From: Rhizaria sp. SCN 62-66
Lineage: Eukaryota
Direction of reading: 5' to 3'
NCBI GenBank assembly: GCA_001724265.1
Contig: MEDY01000292.1
Span: 52,926 to 72,925 of the forward strand
DNA length: 20,000 bases
Shown: in pieces, positions 9,701 through 19,344 of the stretch
Layout: the number at the start of each line of letters is the position of its first letter
Numbering within the stretch: position 1 is the stretch's first letter
Notes under the pieces: model-generated
What the model was told of the DNA's origin: nothing
What the model saw: only the letters and a program-made list of their open reading frames with translations
Database searches by the model: none
Translations under genes and position numbers: made by a program

Positions 9701-12355
9701 TCCGCGGCTGTCGCAGCCGCAGGAGCAGAGACGGAGGCTGATGTTGACGCTGAGCTTGACACTGACGACAACAGCAGTGATGTTGCTGCTCTTGTTCGCT
9801 TGTATCCGTACATTCCTCGTTACTTGCAGCCACAATTGCCTCTCACGATTGTCGATCTTCCCCCTTACATTCAGAAGACACGTCTAAGTGTCGTTAACTT
9901 GAACAGTAACGTGATGAATCAGAAGATCGGCGATGACACTTCAAACGCAAAGAGTGACGACGATAGTGACAAAGACAACGACAGCGATGACAACAACGAG
10001 ACGAACAGCGGCTCTGGTTACGACAACGATGATGACGATGATGACCATCACAATTTGTTGGAGCTTCTCCTCGGCGGCAGGTCACAAACCCAAGGCGGCC
10101 TAACTTCTGTGTTCAGCGGGCCTGTCTCGCACCGGTCCCCGCTGTCCCGCGCCCACAGTCACTTTTTAATCACAGCAGTTTCATCAGCACAACAACAGCA
10201 CCAACTACAGCTACTCCAACTGCACCAGCGACATCGACAGCGGCAGCAGCAGCAGCTGCAGCAAGAGCTGTCGACGATGCCTCACTACAACATCCGTGCC
10301 TTTCACGGCCCTTTCTCCCCCCGCTCCCTCACTGTGGTGTCGCGCAGCAGCCCCGGCCTCCGCGCCCCGCGCGCGCTTCTGTCGATGCTCTCGGCGACGC
10401 TGCCGCCCTCGCACCCGCTGCTGCTGCTGCCTACCGCCGTCCGCCACTTTCCGCCCTGCGCGCTGCGGCTCATCCTCACGCTCGCCGCGCACAGGCATCT
10501 TAAGTACTTCGGCCGCGTACAGCTCAACCTCTTTTTTCGGTCCCTCGGCCTGCCCGTCGAAAACGCGATCGCTTTTTGGCGCGACGGCCTCACCGCCAAG
10601 GCTCGGCCGAAGAGTAGCCCCAACCCCGGTGCGAGCTCTAGCAGCAACGCTAGCGCCGGCGCCGGTGCCAGTGCTGCTGGCTTCGGTGGCGGTGTGAGCA
10701 TTGCGTTTGGCGGCGTCAGTGTCGCTGTCGCTAGGCGCGTCGGCCTGCTGTCGGTCGACAACGCCGCTGTCGCTCTCGGGCTGACTGACACCGAAACAAC
10801 AACTACTACCACGACGACGACGACGACGACGACGACGAGTGGTGTTGGTTCTAAGTCGTCTAAGTACACTGCGGCCTCGTCTAAGTACCGCCGCAGCGGC
10901 AAGAACCTCATGTATGACAGTGATCCGAACAACGCAAACGACGACGAGGCCGGTGACCATGATGACGACGACGTTGTGATTGCCAAAACTACCGCAGACT
11001 TGATCGATAACACCAGCTCGAGTGCTTGTGCGAGTGCAAGCGACAACGGGACCGTGACTGAGTCCGGGACTGAGAGTGCCAGAGAGGGTAGTAGTCGTGT
11101 CACAAGCAGTATCATTCACGACACTGGTGACATTGCGACCGAGCTCCACAACCTGTATGCGAACTACTCATACCTACACCGGTCTCAGTACCCCGTAGAC
11201 CAGCCCGAGGTGGGGTACTTAGACGCCCCTCTCCCGTCCCCGTCTGCCGCTGGGTCTGGCTGGGGCGGCGATGGACACGGCGGCAGCGGCGGCGGTGGCA
11301 GTGATGGTCGTTGGTCGTCGTATCTGTACGTGATCAAGCACAACTACGGGCTGCTGGGCGACAGGAAGGAGTACGGTGCGCTGTCATGCGCTGCGACGGC
11401 GAGCTTTGGACCGACGACACAGCTCCAAAACGTCCTCACAACTGTCTCATCACAGCATCAGCAAGGACAGCAGCAGCAACAACAGCAACAGCAGCAAGGC
11501 AAGCAGCCGCTCTTTGTACCCTCTCACTACAACAACAATAATCGTCCTTCTGGCAACAACACGCACTCTAATGTCGCGAGTTCTAGTGCGAGTGAGAGTG
11601 CGAGTGGTGGTGGCTGTGGCAGCTGCAGTAGCAGTGGCAATAGAGGTAGCCAAGTTATCGTGAGTCTCCCGCCTCTGGCCCCTAGTGACCTCGGCCGTGT
11701 CTGCGGCTGCCCCTTCGTCGTCTGCAGTGACCGTGAGCTCATCGACCTGCTGTGCATCCCGCCGCAGCTCGCGGAGGCCAAGGCGGCCCTTAGCCCGTCT
11801 AAGGGTTTGGGGGCGCCGCTCAGGAGCCAGCTGTGGAAGCCGCGGACGCCCTCTGCGCGTGTCATTGACACTGTGTTGGCGCACCGGCGCGAAGGCAACT
11901 ATACCAAAGCCTGCGAGGCTTATCTATCGCACACACGCTTGCCCCCGCCACCGCCACCGCCACCGCCGCCGCCGCCGACGGCGTCGGCGTCTTCGAGGAG
12001 CATCGCAAACGTGGGCGCTAAGGGGAAGGGCAAGTCTAAGGGTGGTCAGAGTGAGGACACGATTGATGCTTTATTAGCCACATACGACACGAGCAATAAC
12101 TCGACCGCTTCCAGCAGCACTGCTGCTGCTGCTGCTGCTGCTGGTAATTCGAACGCAAGTATAAGTGCGAGTGGTCTTGGTGTGACGGGCACTGAGGGCG
12201 TGACTGTGAGCAACCCAATGGACTACTTCAAGTTAAGCCGCCTTGGCGAGTGGCTAGCAGGGGAGAACGAACGCAAGGCGCTGCAGGAACAGCAGGAGCA
12301 GCAACAGCGAGAGCGAGAGAGTCACGACAATAGTGACGATGATGACGACAATTAG
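3724..12355 (+). CDS. PRIM2: DNA primase large subunit (PRIM2/Pri2/p58), greatly expanded by low-complexity insertions; model exons 3724-4684, 4815-8605, 8666-12355 (~2,813 aa; second junction uncertain)
   Basis: C-terminal Fe-S domain motifs are in the 8780-12355 frame: HFPPCALRL...HRHLKYFGRVQLNLFFRSLGLPVENAIAFWR; YLYVIKHNYGLLGDRKEYGALSC; GCPF; GNYTKACEAY; SNPMDYFKLS. Degenerate N-domain-like motifs are in the 4745 frame (SVPQLAAAVAARAAAL; FVMVPAVALIHL; VLLFKGRALL). A GTACGT..TAG intron at 4685-4814 joins the first two ORFs in frame. ORFs 4745-8665 and 8780-12355 share a frame and are separated only by the TAG at 8663-8665. The family call for the C-terminal part is strong; the full gene model is less certain. 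Confidence 0.8.
4685..4814 (+). other. Spliceosomal intron (130 nt, phase 1) of the PRIM2-like gene
   Basis: GTACGT donor, AT-rich body, CTGAC branch-like site near 4767, TAG acceptor. Splicing gives ACA T|AT TCC and joins the two ORF frames exactly. Confidence 0.85.
6593..6745 (+). repeat. Coding trinucleotide repeats: (GAT/GAC)n poly-Asp and (ACA)n poly-Thr
   Basis: GAY run at 6593-6637 and about 12 ACA units at 6710-6745. Similar runs occur at 10796-10837 (Thr, ACG) and ~11942-11977 (Pro). Confidence 0.9.
8606..8665 (+). other. Possible 60-nt phase-0 intron removing the in-frame TAG
   Basis: GTAAGT at 8606 and CACTAG ending at 8665; the length is a multiple of 3. However, it is shorter and less AT/T-rich than the other introns and has internal AGs. 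Confidence 0.45.
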
Positions 12356-13363
12356 TAACAGTCGTTCATCATGCTTGACGCTCATACGCATGCTGTATGA
12401 ATGCCTCCACCTTCGCTGAATTTGACTATACTGTGTGTGTTTTTATCTTATATAGCTTGTTTGTGAATATTTAGACTTTAATGTGAAAAGTACAACCTCT
12501 CATATGATGCTTTTCTTTAATACACATCTTGTCTCTTCAAATGTTGTCAGCGCGCTGTTGACAACTTTATTACTGATACCTGCGTAATATAACGTTACGC
12601 GTTTCGTTTTAATCGCAAATCTCACTTTTTTAATGAGGCCTGTTGAGTTGCGTTCGTAAACGCACTCAGAGTGAGCTGTGTCATAAAAACGACAAGACAG
12701 ACTCAAGATCAACACAGAAGCCCTACGTCGCCCAAACTAAAGCTGGCAGTCATGATACCGCGTCAGTATAACAATAATACACCAGAAAGATAATAAACGA
12801 TGTTTTGTTTCTACCAACTTCACAATAACATGATGCCACTCTGCTAAAGTAAAGTGTCCGTACTCACTAAGTCCCCAAGACACGAAGCAAGAGGCAATGT
12901 CGAGCACAATAAGCACCAGTAACAATAATAACTTCACTTGTGTACATCGTAAAACTCATATAACTATGAAACAAGATAAGATGGCATCTAAGGATTCAAA
13001 ACCCCATCCAAGCACCTCGAAATGTGGCGAAACTAGGCAAGCCATAGTGTTGGTCAAACCAGCACATGTGAGAAAGTGACCAAGAACACAACCACTGCAC
13101 TAACGAAAAGAATTCTGAAACTAAATCACCAAATCAACCCCTGAAACAAAACAAAAATATATCTTGACGAAGTCTATCGGGCTATAGACAACCAACAGAA
13201 TTTCTACCTTGCTCAGCTGAGCGATGCTCACAGTCATCTCAGTGTGGGGTGGGCCGAAAAATCTGGAACGGGAAAAGTAAGCCGCTGGCTGGTTGGGTGG
13301 GAAGGGAGACGACCGGCGAGATGTAAAGTGGGGCTTTTGTCCACTGTGTGCAAGGCAGGCATT

Positions 13364-16300
13364 ATGACGGGAGTCTCTCTCTTCAGTGTGCTGCTCCTAG
13401 CGCTCGCTTCGTTGGCTTACGCCAGCGATGCGTGGCAGCTTGAGGTACGTATCCCCTCTTTCTTCACTCCCTCGACTCGACCAACTCTGGGCCAACACCC
13501 TCCTTGTGGCTTTCCAAAACCGCCTGATGGTGCCGTTCTGCATCGCCATTTCGGTCTGGCGTTCCCTGTAAAGAAAATATAGTTTCTATTATTTCCTGTG
13601 AACCCCACTCATTCGTCCTCGTCCGTCTTTTTCCCCTTCCTCTATGCCTCCCTTTTCTCCCTCCCCCCCTTTTGCCCTCGACTCCTTGCTGCCCCTTGTC
13701 TCCCCTCTCTTTCCACGTCTCTATCACCCGCCCCTGCTGCTCTGCCCGACCGTGAATGCGCCCTGTTTGTGTCCGACGCTTTACAGAAGCTTGCTCTTGA
13801 TGTCGCTGGTCGCCTCCGCGGTGCCCAGCGCGTCGACCGTGCGGAGAGCGAGGTCAGCGTGAACCGCTGTGCCGACATCGTGCTCTCAACCATGCGTGAC
13901 GTCGCTGAGGCCGAGGCCATCACCGACCTCATGGAGGCGCGCATCCGCCGCCAGAACTTTTCCGTTCAGTGGCTCGCCCACGACCTCAAGACGGTCGTGA
14001 GCGTCGCGGATAACATTGTCAAGTACAACGACAAGGTCCGCTCCGCCGCCTGGGCTGACATCAAGCGCATCCGCGAGGAGCAGCGCCAGGAGTTCAAGGC
14101 CCGCACGCTCGCTGTCGGCCGTGCCATGAGCGTCGTCCGCCAGCTTACCAATTTCTTCTCCGCGCCCGAGGCCGGCATGGACGGCGTTACCGAGGCCTTC
14201 GCGCTCACCCGCGCCCGCGCCGCCGCCGCCGCCGCCGGCCTCCCCACCTCGGCCTCGGCCGCCGGGCTCGCTGCCGCGATGCTCCCGCTCAGCGCGGGCC
14301 CCGGCGGCGTGGGCGTCGTCGCCGCGCTGCCCGCCGGCACCGACGCCGAGGACGAGCGCTATTACTCGGCCTTCCTTGAGACCGAAGTCGACATCACGTC
14401 CTCCGCCTCCACCGAGGTTGACCTGGGCCTGACCCGCGCCGCCTCGGCCGCGCAGATCGCCGCCGCTGTCGCCAACGCCACCCGCGTGCACCTCTACCGC
14501 GCTGACTCGTCCGTGATGGGCCTGTTCGGCGTGCTGAACCGCTTCCTCGGCAACAGCTACGTCAACGCGCGCGCCGGCTTCAACCCCTACACGCTGCGCA
14601 TGCTCCAGTCCATCGCCGGCGAGCTCTCGGCCCACCAGCACGGCATGCTCTCCTTCGAGCGCCTCGCCGCCACCAACTTCGGCCACTTCGACCGCTACTT
14701 CCTCCTCGCCGCGCGCCGCCCCCTCACTCTGGAGGACGTCACCCCTCTCCAGGTATGTCCAAACATATAGTCTGCTAATATATATATGCTCATCTCAATA
14801 TGAACTGAATATGTTCTGCTGTTTTTACATTGTATGTAACTGCATTATCAATTTTATTTGCAAAACCCCACATATACCTCACTTCAATTCATCTTTGTTG
14901 TCGAAACTCTTTCATTCCTTAGGCTGCTGTGGTGCGCGCGCAGACGCGCCTGACTCTGGTGCAGCACGGCCTGCGCGAGAACCTGCTGGTCCTCAAGGAC
15001 ATGGGCAAGATCTCCGCGCAGTACAAGCGCGCGCTGGGCCAGGTCCGCGGCGACTGCACCGACTCGCTCAACGAGTTCAAGCGCCGCTCCATCATCCGCA
15101 AGAAGGCGCTGGACCTGGTCGAGACGCTCATCTACCCGCACGTCGGCGCGTACGGTGACCTGCTGGGCGCGTCCGAGGCCGAGGAGATCGTGCGTGCGCT
15201 CGCCAAGATTGACCCGCTGCTGCACACCAACGGCGGCTGGACGCCCTGGCGCTTCACCGAGTGCGACGCGCCGTGCGGCCTGGGCCGCCAGACGCTCTTC
15301 CGCGAGTGCGCCAACCCCGCGCCCCGGAACGGCGGCGCGCTCTGCGCCGGCCGCTCCCGCATCCGCAACTACCCCTGCAACGTCGGGCTCTGCAACGTCC
15401 ACGGCAAGGGCGCCCCCGCCGCCGCTGCCACTGTCGCGGCCACTAACAACACCGCTGCCGCTCCTGCTGCTCCTGCTGCCCCCGCCAAGCCCGCCGCCGC
15501 TCCCGCGACCGGTGCCGCGACCGACTGCCCCTCGTCCCTCGTGTCGACGGGCGCGAGCGCGAGCGCCAAGTACCCCTACGGCCACGAGGTGATCATCATG
15601 GACGCCGACGACGACCTGGAGGAGTACTTCTGGCAGGGCGAGGGCCTCGCGCCCGCGGGCGGCTGCCCCTCGTGCCGCCGCTCCTCGGGTGGCTGCCCCG
15701 CTGCGCCCCAGGTGCCCCAGGGCTGCGTCCGCAAGGCGCCCGTGCCGCGCCAGGGCGGCTGCAACGCCAGCAATGTCAAGCCGACTCCCCAGCCCAACAA
15801 CACGACCCCCGTGACTCCCAACAGCACGACGCCCGTGACTCCCAACAGCACGACGCCGCGCGAGGACCAGGAGGACGGCCCCGTGACTGAGCTGCCGCCG
15901 CTGCTCGACGAGTTCGCCCACGACGACGGCTCCTCCACCGCCATCGTCCGCAACTCGTCCAAGACCAACCCCAACGCGACGCGCCCGGCTAAGCCCCACA
16001 ACTCGTCCGAGCCCATGCCCAACCCGCCCAACGCGGCTGATGTGATCCCGCCGAAGCGCGAGCCCGGCCTGCACCCGCCGTTCCCGGGCGCCAACGACAC
16101 CGTGGTGCCCATCCCGCCCAAGGCGCCCGCCTACGGGGCCGGCGACCGCAACCGCCCCGGCTTCGCGCCCGGCTCGTTCCAGTCGAACCACACCGGCGCG
16201 GGCGGCTCCAACGGCACCTACGCGCCGCGCCCCATCGTTGTGACCTCGGCGTCGTTCCTTGAGGACGCCAAGACGGCGTTCTTGCCGCTGCCCAAGATCG

Positions 16301-18195
16301 AGGTCGGCTCGACGCCGCTCGACCGCGGCGCGTACCCGTCGCTGTCGTCCAACGGCGACGCGCTGCTCGTGGCCGACAACGAGGGCAACGTCTACACGTA
16401 CTCGCACGACGCCAAGGGCGTGTGGGGCCAGGTTTCGCTCCCCCTGCAGCGCTTCCAGGTCGGCTACGGCCAGTCGTCGGTGCTGTCCCCTGACGGCAAC
16501 AGCGGCATCGTGTGCTCCAAGTGGCGCTGCGCGCTGTACAAGAAGACTGCCCAGCCCAAGCCGCTGCCGCTGCCCACGGTCAACAACACCAAGCCGACCG
16601 TGCCCGCCGGCAACGACTACACGTGGCAGAAGTCGGCCGACATTAACTCCAAGGTCGTCCGCTTCCCGCGCCCCGCCGCGTCGCACGACATGGCCACCGT
16701 GCTCGTCGCCGACCGCTGCCAGCTGCACCAGTTCCAGCTCGCCAACGGCGCGTACACCGAGCTCCCCGCGCTCACGGCGTCGCAGTTTGACTGCCGCACC
16801 ATGGGCTGGGGCATCAACACGGCCGCCACGCTTGCCGCCATCTCCGGCGACGGCTCCACCCGCGTCCTCGTCGGCTCCTGCGCGCGCCGCGCCTACTGCA
16901 ACGACAACGAGCGCTTCTCCCTCGTCTACGTCTTCGTCAACGGCACCCGCGTCGCCCGCACCGTCGTCCCCTCGGCGACCCTGTCCTCGGCCAGTGTCTC
17001 CCAGGATGGCTCCGACATCTTCCTCGGCGCGCCGCTCGACCGCACCTCGTTCCACCTCGCGCGCCTGACTGACAACACGTACAACTACGTCTACGTCGAC
17101 CCCACCTTCGACTCGGGCTCCCAGCTCTCGGAGTGGGAGTCTGCCTACCGCGTCAAGGAGCGCAAAGCGCGCAACGCTCTCGTCGAGCGCGCGTCGGTCG
17201 AGGTCGTCCGCACGCCCAAGGCCGAGATCCAGGCTGCCGCCGCCGCGGCCCCCGCCGAGACGCCCGCCGTGACCCCGGAGAAGACCGCCAACGGCACCAT
17301 CATCGTCCCCGGCGCTAACGGCACTGCTGCGGCCGGCAACGCCACCGCCGCCTCCAACAGCACCGCGGCCGCCAAGGCCACGCTGATGGAGACTAGCGCC
17401 GCTGCCCAGGTCGAGATCAACACTGCCGCTGAGACTGAGACTGAGGCTGAGGCCGAGACCGAGCTTGATTCCGAGTCCGAGTCTGAGCTTGATTCCGAGT
17501 CTGAGGCCGACGCTGAGGCCGACGCTGAGTCCGAGGCCGAGTCCGAGTCTGATGAGACGATGTTCGTTGAGCTCGAGACTGCCTACTCCGCGGCGTCGTC
17601 GCAGGAGGCGCAGCTCGCGCTGGCGCTGGCGATGGAGCACGAGGCCGACATGAAGGTCGAGTACGAACTCCTCAAGGCCTCCCTCGAGGCCTCGCTGCCC
17701 TCCGAGGGTGCGCACTCGCTGCTCGAGTCTGGCGCCAAGCAGACGCACGCGGCCGCTTCGCGCATCGCTAAGATCCAGGCCATGAAGCGCGTGGGCCAGA
17801 AGACGCTCGCGGCCATGCAGGCGCAGTCGCAGATCGAGTCGGCCAAGACCATCGACCTGCCCTTCCCCAACGAGCGCTCCGTCGACCTCTACTTTGGCAA
17901 CCGCGTCGCGCTGTCTAACGACGGCGTGTGGTCGGCCGTGCAGGCGCTGCGCAACGGCCGCGTCTCGATCGAGGTGTACCGCCGCGACGTCTCGTACACC
18001 GGCGTCCCGGACCGCCAGTTCAAGATGTTCCAGAAGATCGCCGTGCCGTGGTCCGTGCCGTCCGACTTCGACGGCGGGCTTGAGATGGGCGGCAACGCCA
18101 CCACCATCACCATCGGCTCCACCCGCGGCGCCGTCGCCGTGCTCACGCGCGCGCGCACCACCGACCGCTTCGTGGTGCCCGAGATGAAGTGGTAA
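13364..18195 (+). CDS. Secreted protein with a thrombospondin type-1 (TSP1) repeat and a predicted 7-bladed beta-propeller; exons 13364-13444, 13787-14752, 14923-18195 (~1,439 aa)
   Basis: Signal peptide MTGVSLFSVLLLALASLAYA-S. Two phase-0 GT-AG introns join the ORFs in frame. TSP1 signature NGGWTPWRFTECDAPCGLGRQTLFRECANPAPRNGGALCAGRSRIRNYPCNVGLC at ~15229-15393. Seven S-x-D/N-G-type blade repeats at ~16330-18170. Very strong C/G third-position codon bias; TAA stop. Confidence 0.85.
13445..13786 (+). other. Spliceosomal intron (342 nt, phase 0)
   Basis: GAG|GTACGT donor, ~200-nt AG-free pyrimidine-rich tract, TTACAG| acceptor; gives the in-frame join WQLE|KLAL. Confidence 0.85.
14753..14922 (+). 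other. Spliceosomal intron (170 nt, phase 0)
   Basis: CAG|GTATGT donor, AT-rich body, CCTTAG| acceptor; gives the in-frame join PLQ|AAVVR. Confidence 0.9.
15793..15858 (+). repeat. 24-bp coding tandem repeat (~2.75 copies; PNNTTPVT/PNSTTPVT)
   Basis: Units start at 15793, 15817 and 15841; each carries an N-x-T sequon. Confidence 0.9.
17431..17556 (+). repeat. Coding acidic dipeptide repeat (E-T/E-A/E-S) with a duplicated GAGCTTGATTCCGAGTC unit
   Basis: ETETEAEAETELDSESESELDSESEADAEADAESEAESESDE read directly from the sequence. Confidence 0.85.
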
Positions 18196-18549
18196 GAAAC
18201 ATCACTCTATCGCTGGTGTTTGATGTGATAAATGGAAATGGAAGGTGGTGTGTTGTTGTTCTTTTTTACAAGAGAAAAAAATATGATAGAAAGTGTGTGT
18301 GTGTGATGTAACACGCGCACGCACTCACTGTTGTTAGCTATCCGTTTTTGAATACAAAACGTGTGTATATACTTTAATCGTGTGTATTCTTTGAATTGAA
18401 TTAATATATTGAACTACGTACTACAACATATGATGAAACAGATAAACAAAATAAACATTCACAGCCCAGCAGTGCCTCAACTCATCAGCAGCAGCTGCGA
18501 AGTTAGCCCGTCGCAGACGCAACGCCGCTTCGTGGTTAGGCGCGTCTGT

Positions 18550-19344
18550 TTACGCGGAGGTGCCCAGCTCGGCAGCGGCCTGCTGCATGGCCGAGAGGAA
18601 GGCGTAAAACTGCGGCAACGTCATCTCCATGAGCACGCTCTCGCGGCGGCCAGTGCCCTTGTCCAGCAGCAGCTTCAGCTGCAGGAAGCACGCGCCCAGC
18701 TCGGATAGCTCGGACGTGCCCGCGGTGACTGTGCACGTGTGTGGATTATAAAGAGACAGATTAGCTTATCTGATTATTAAAATAAAGTGTGATAGATTTA
18801 AATTGTTCTAGTAATACAAAACGAGCCTTTCATTTGACCTAGATCGATTGGACGGCAGATGTTGTGGCAGACAACAGATGTTGATCAACGAAGATTGAGC
18901 GAGAGAGAATGAGACACAAGACGTACCACCAAACTTCCATTCCATATCGACGAGCTGGTTGACCTTGAAGGTAGCGCTGGCGACGGCGGCGCTCATGGCG
19001 CCCAGCTCGGCGCTGTAGAGCTTGCCCACTGCGGCGGCCTTGGCGGAGTCGAGCCCCAGCTCCTTGAGGTCGCTGGCCACATCGGCCTCCTTCAGCGAGC
19101 GCTTCATGCCCTCGGTGATGATGTGCAGCAGCGTCTGGACCGTGCTGGTGAGGGACTTGAGGTTGGCGCCATGCTGCGCGGCGAAGCCGTCGACGTCTGT
19201 CTCGACGGACTTGCCCGAGATGAGGCCCAGGATGATAGCGAGGAACTGCGACAACTGCGCCTCGTTGAGGTGGTTCAGCGTCTGCACGTCCGTGTAAAAC
19301 TGCGTCTGTGGCGCAGAATCAGGGGAGAATTTGAATGAAGACAT
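18550..19344 (-). CDS. COMMD7: COMM domain-containing protein 7 (Commander/CCC complex); exons 19344-18927 and 18728-18550, 198 aa
   Basis: The spliced translation MSSFKFSPDSAPQTQFYTDVQTLNHL...VNQLVDMEWKFG-VTAGTSELSELGACFLQLKLLLDKG...MEMTLPQFYAFLSAMQQA* matches the COMMD7 signature NQLxDMEWKFGVT..SE...FLQLKL...ELTLPQFYxFL. Length is typical of the family; TAA stop. Confidence 0.93.
18729..18926 (-). other. Spliceosomal intron (198 nt, phase 1) in COMMD7
   Basis: G|GTACGT donor, GCTAAT branch-like site, CACAG| acceptor; splicing restores KFG-V-TAG in the protein. Confidence 0.92.

Noticed and set aside
12737-12937. 66-aa ORF with a hydrophobic, signal-like N-terminus
   Set aside because: Non-ATG start, and AT-rich codon usage unlike the real genes in this window.
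13211-13222. Perfect 12-bp palindrome GCTCAGCTGAGC upstream of the secreted-protein gene
   Set aside because: A single short palindrome is expected by chance in 20 kb.
14884-17748. 954-aa antisense ORF
   Set aside because: Shadow ORF opposite a gene with extreme C/G third positions; G/R/V/A-rich with no domain signal.
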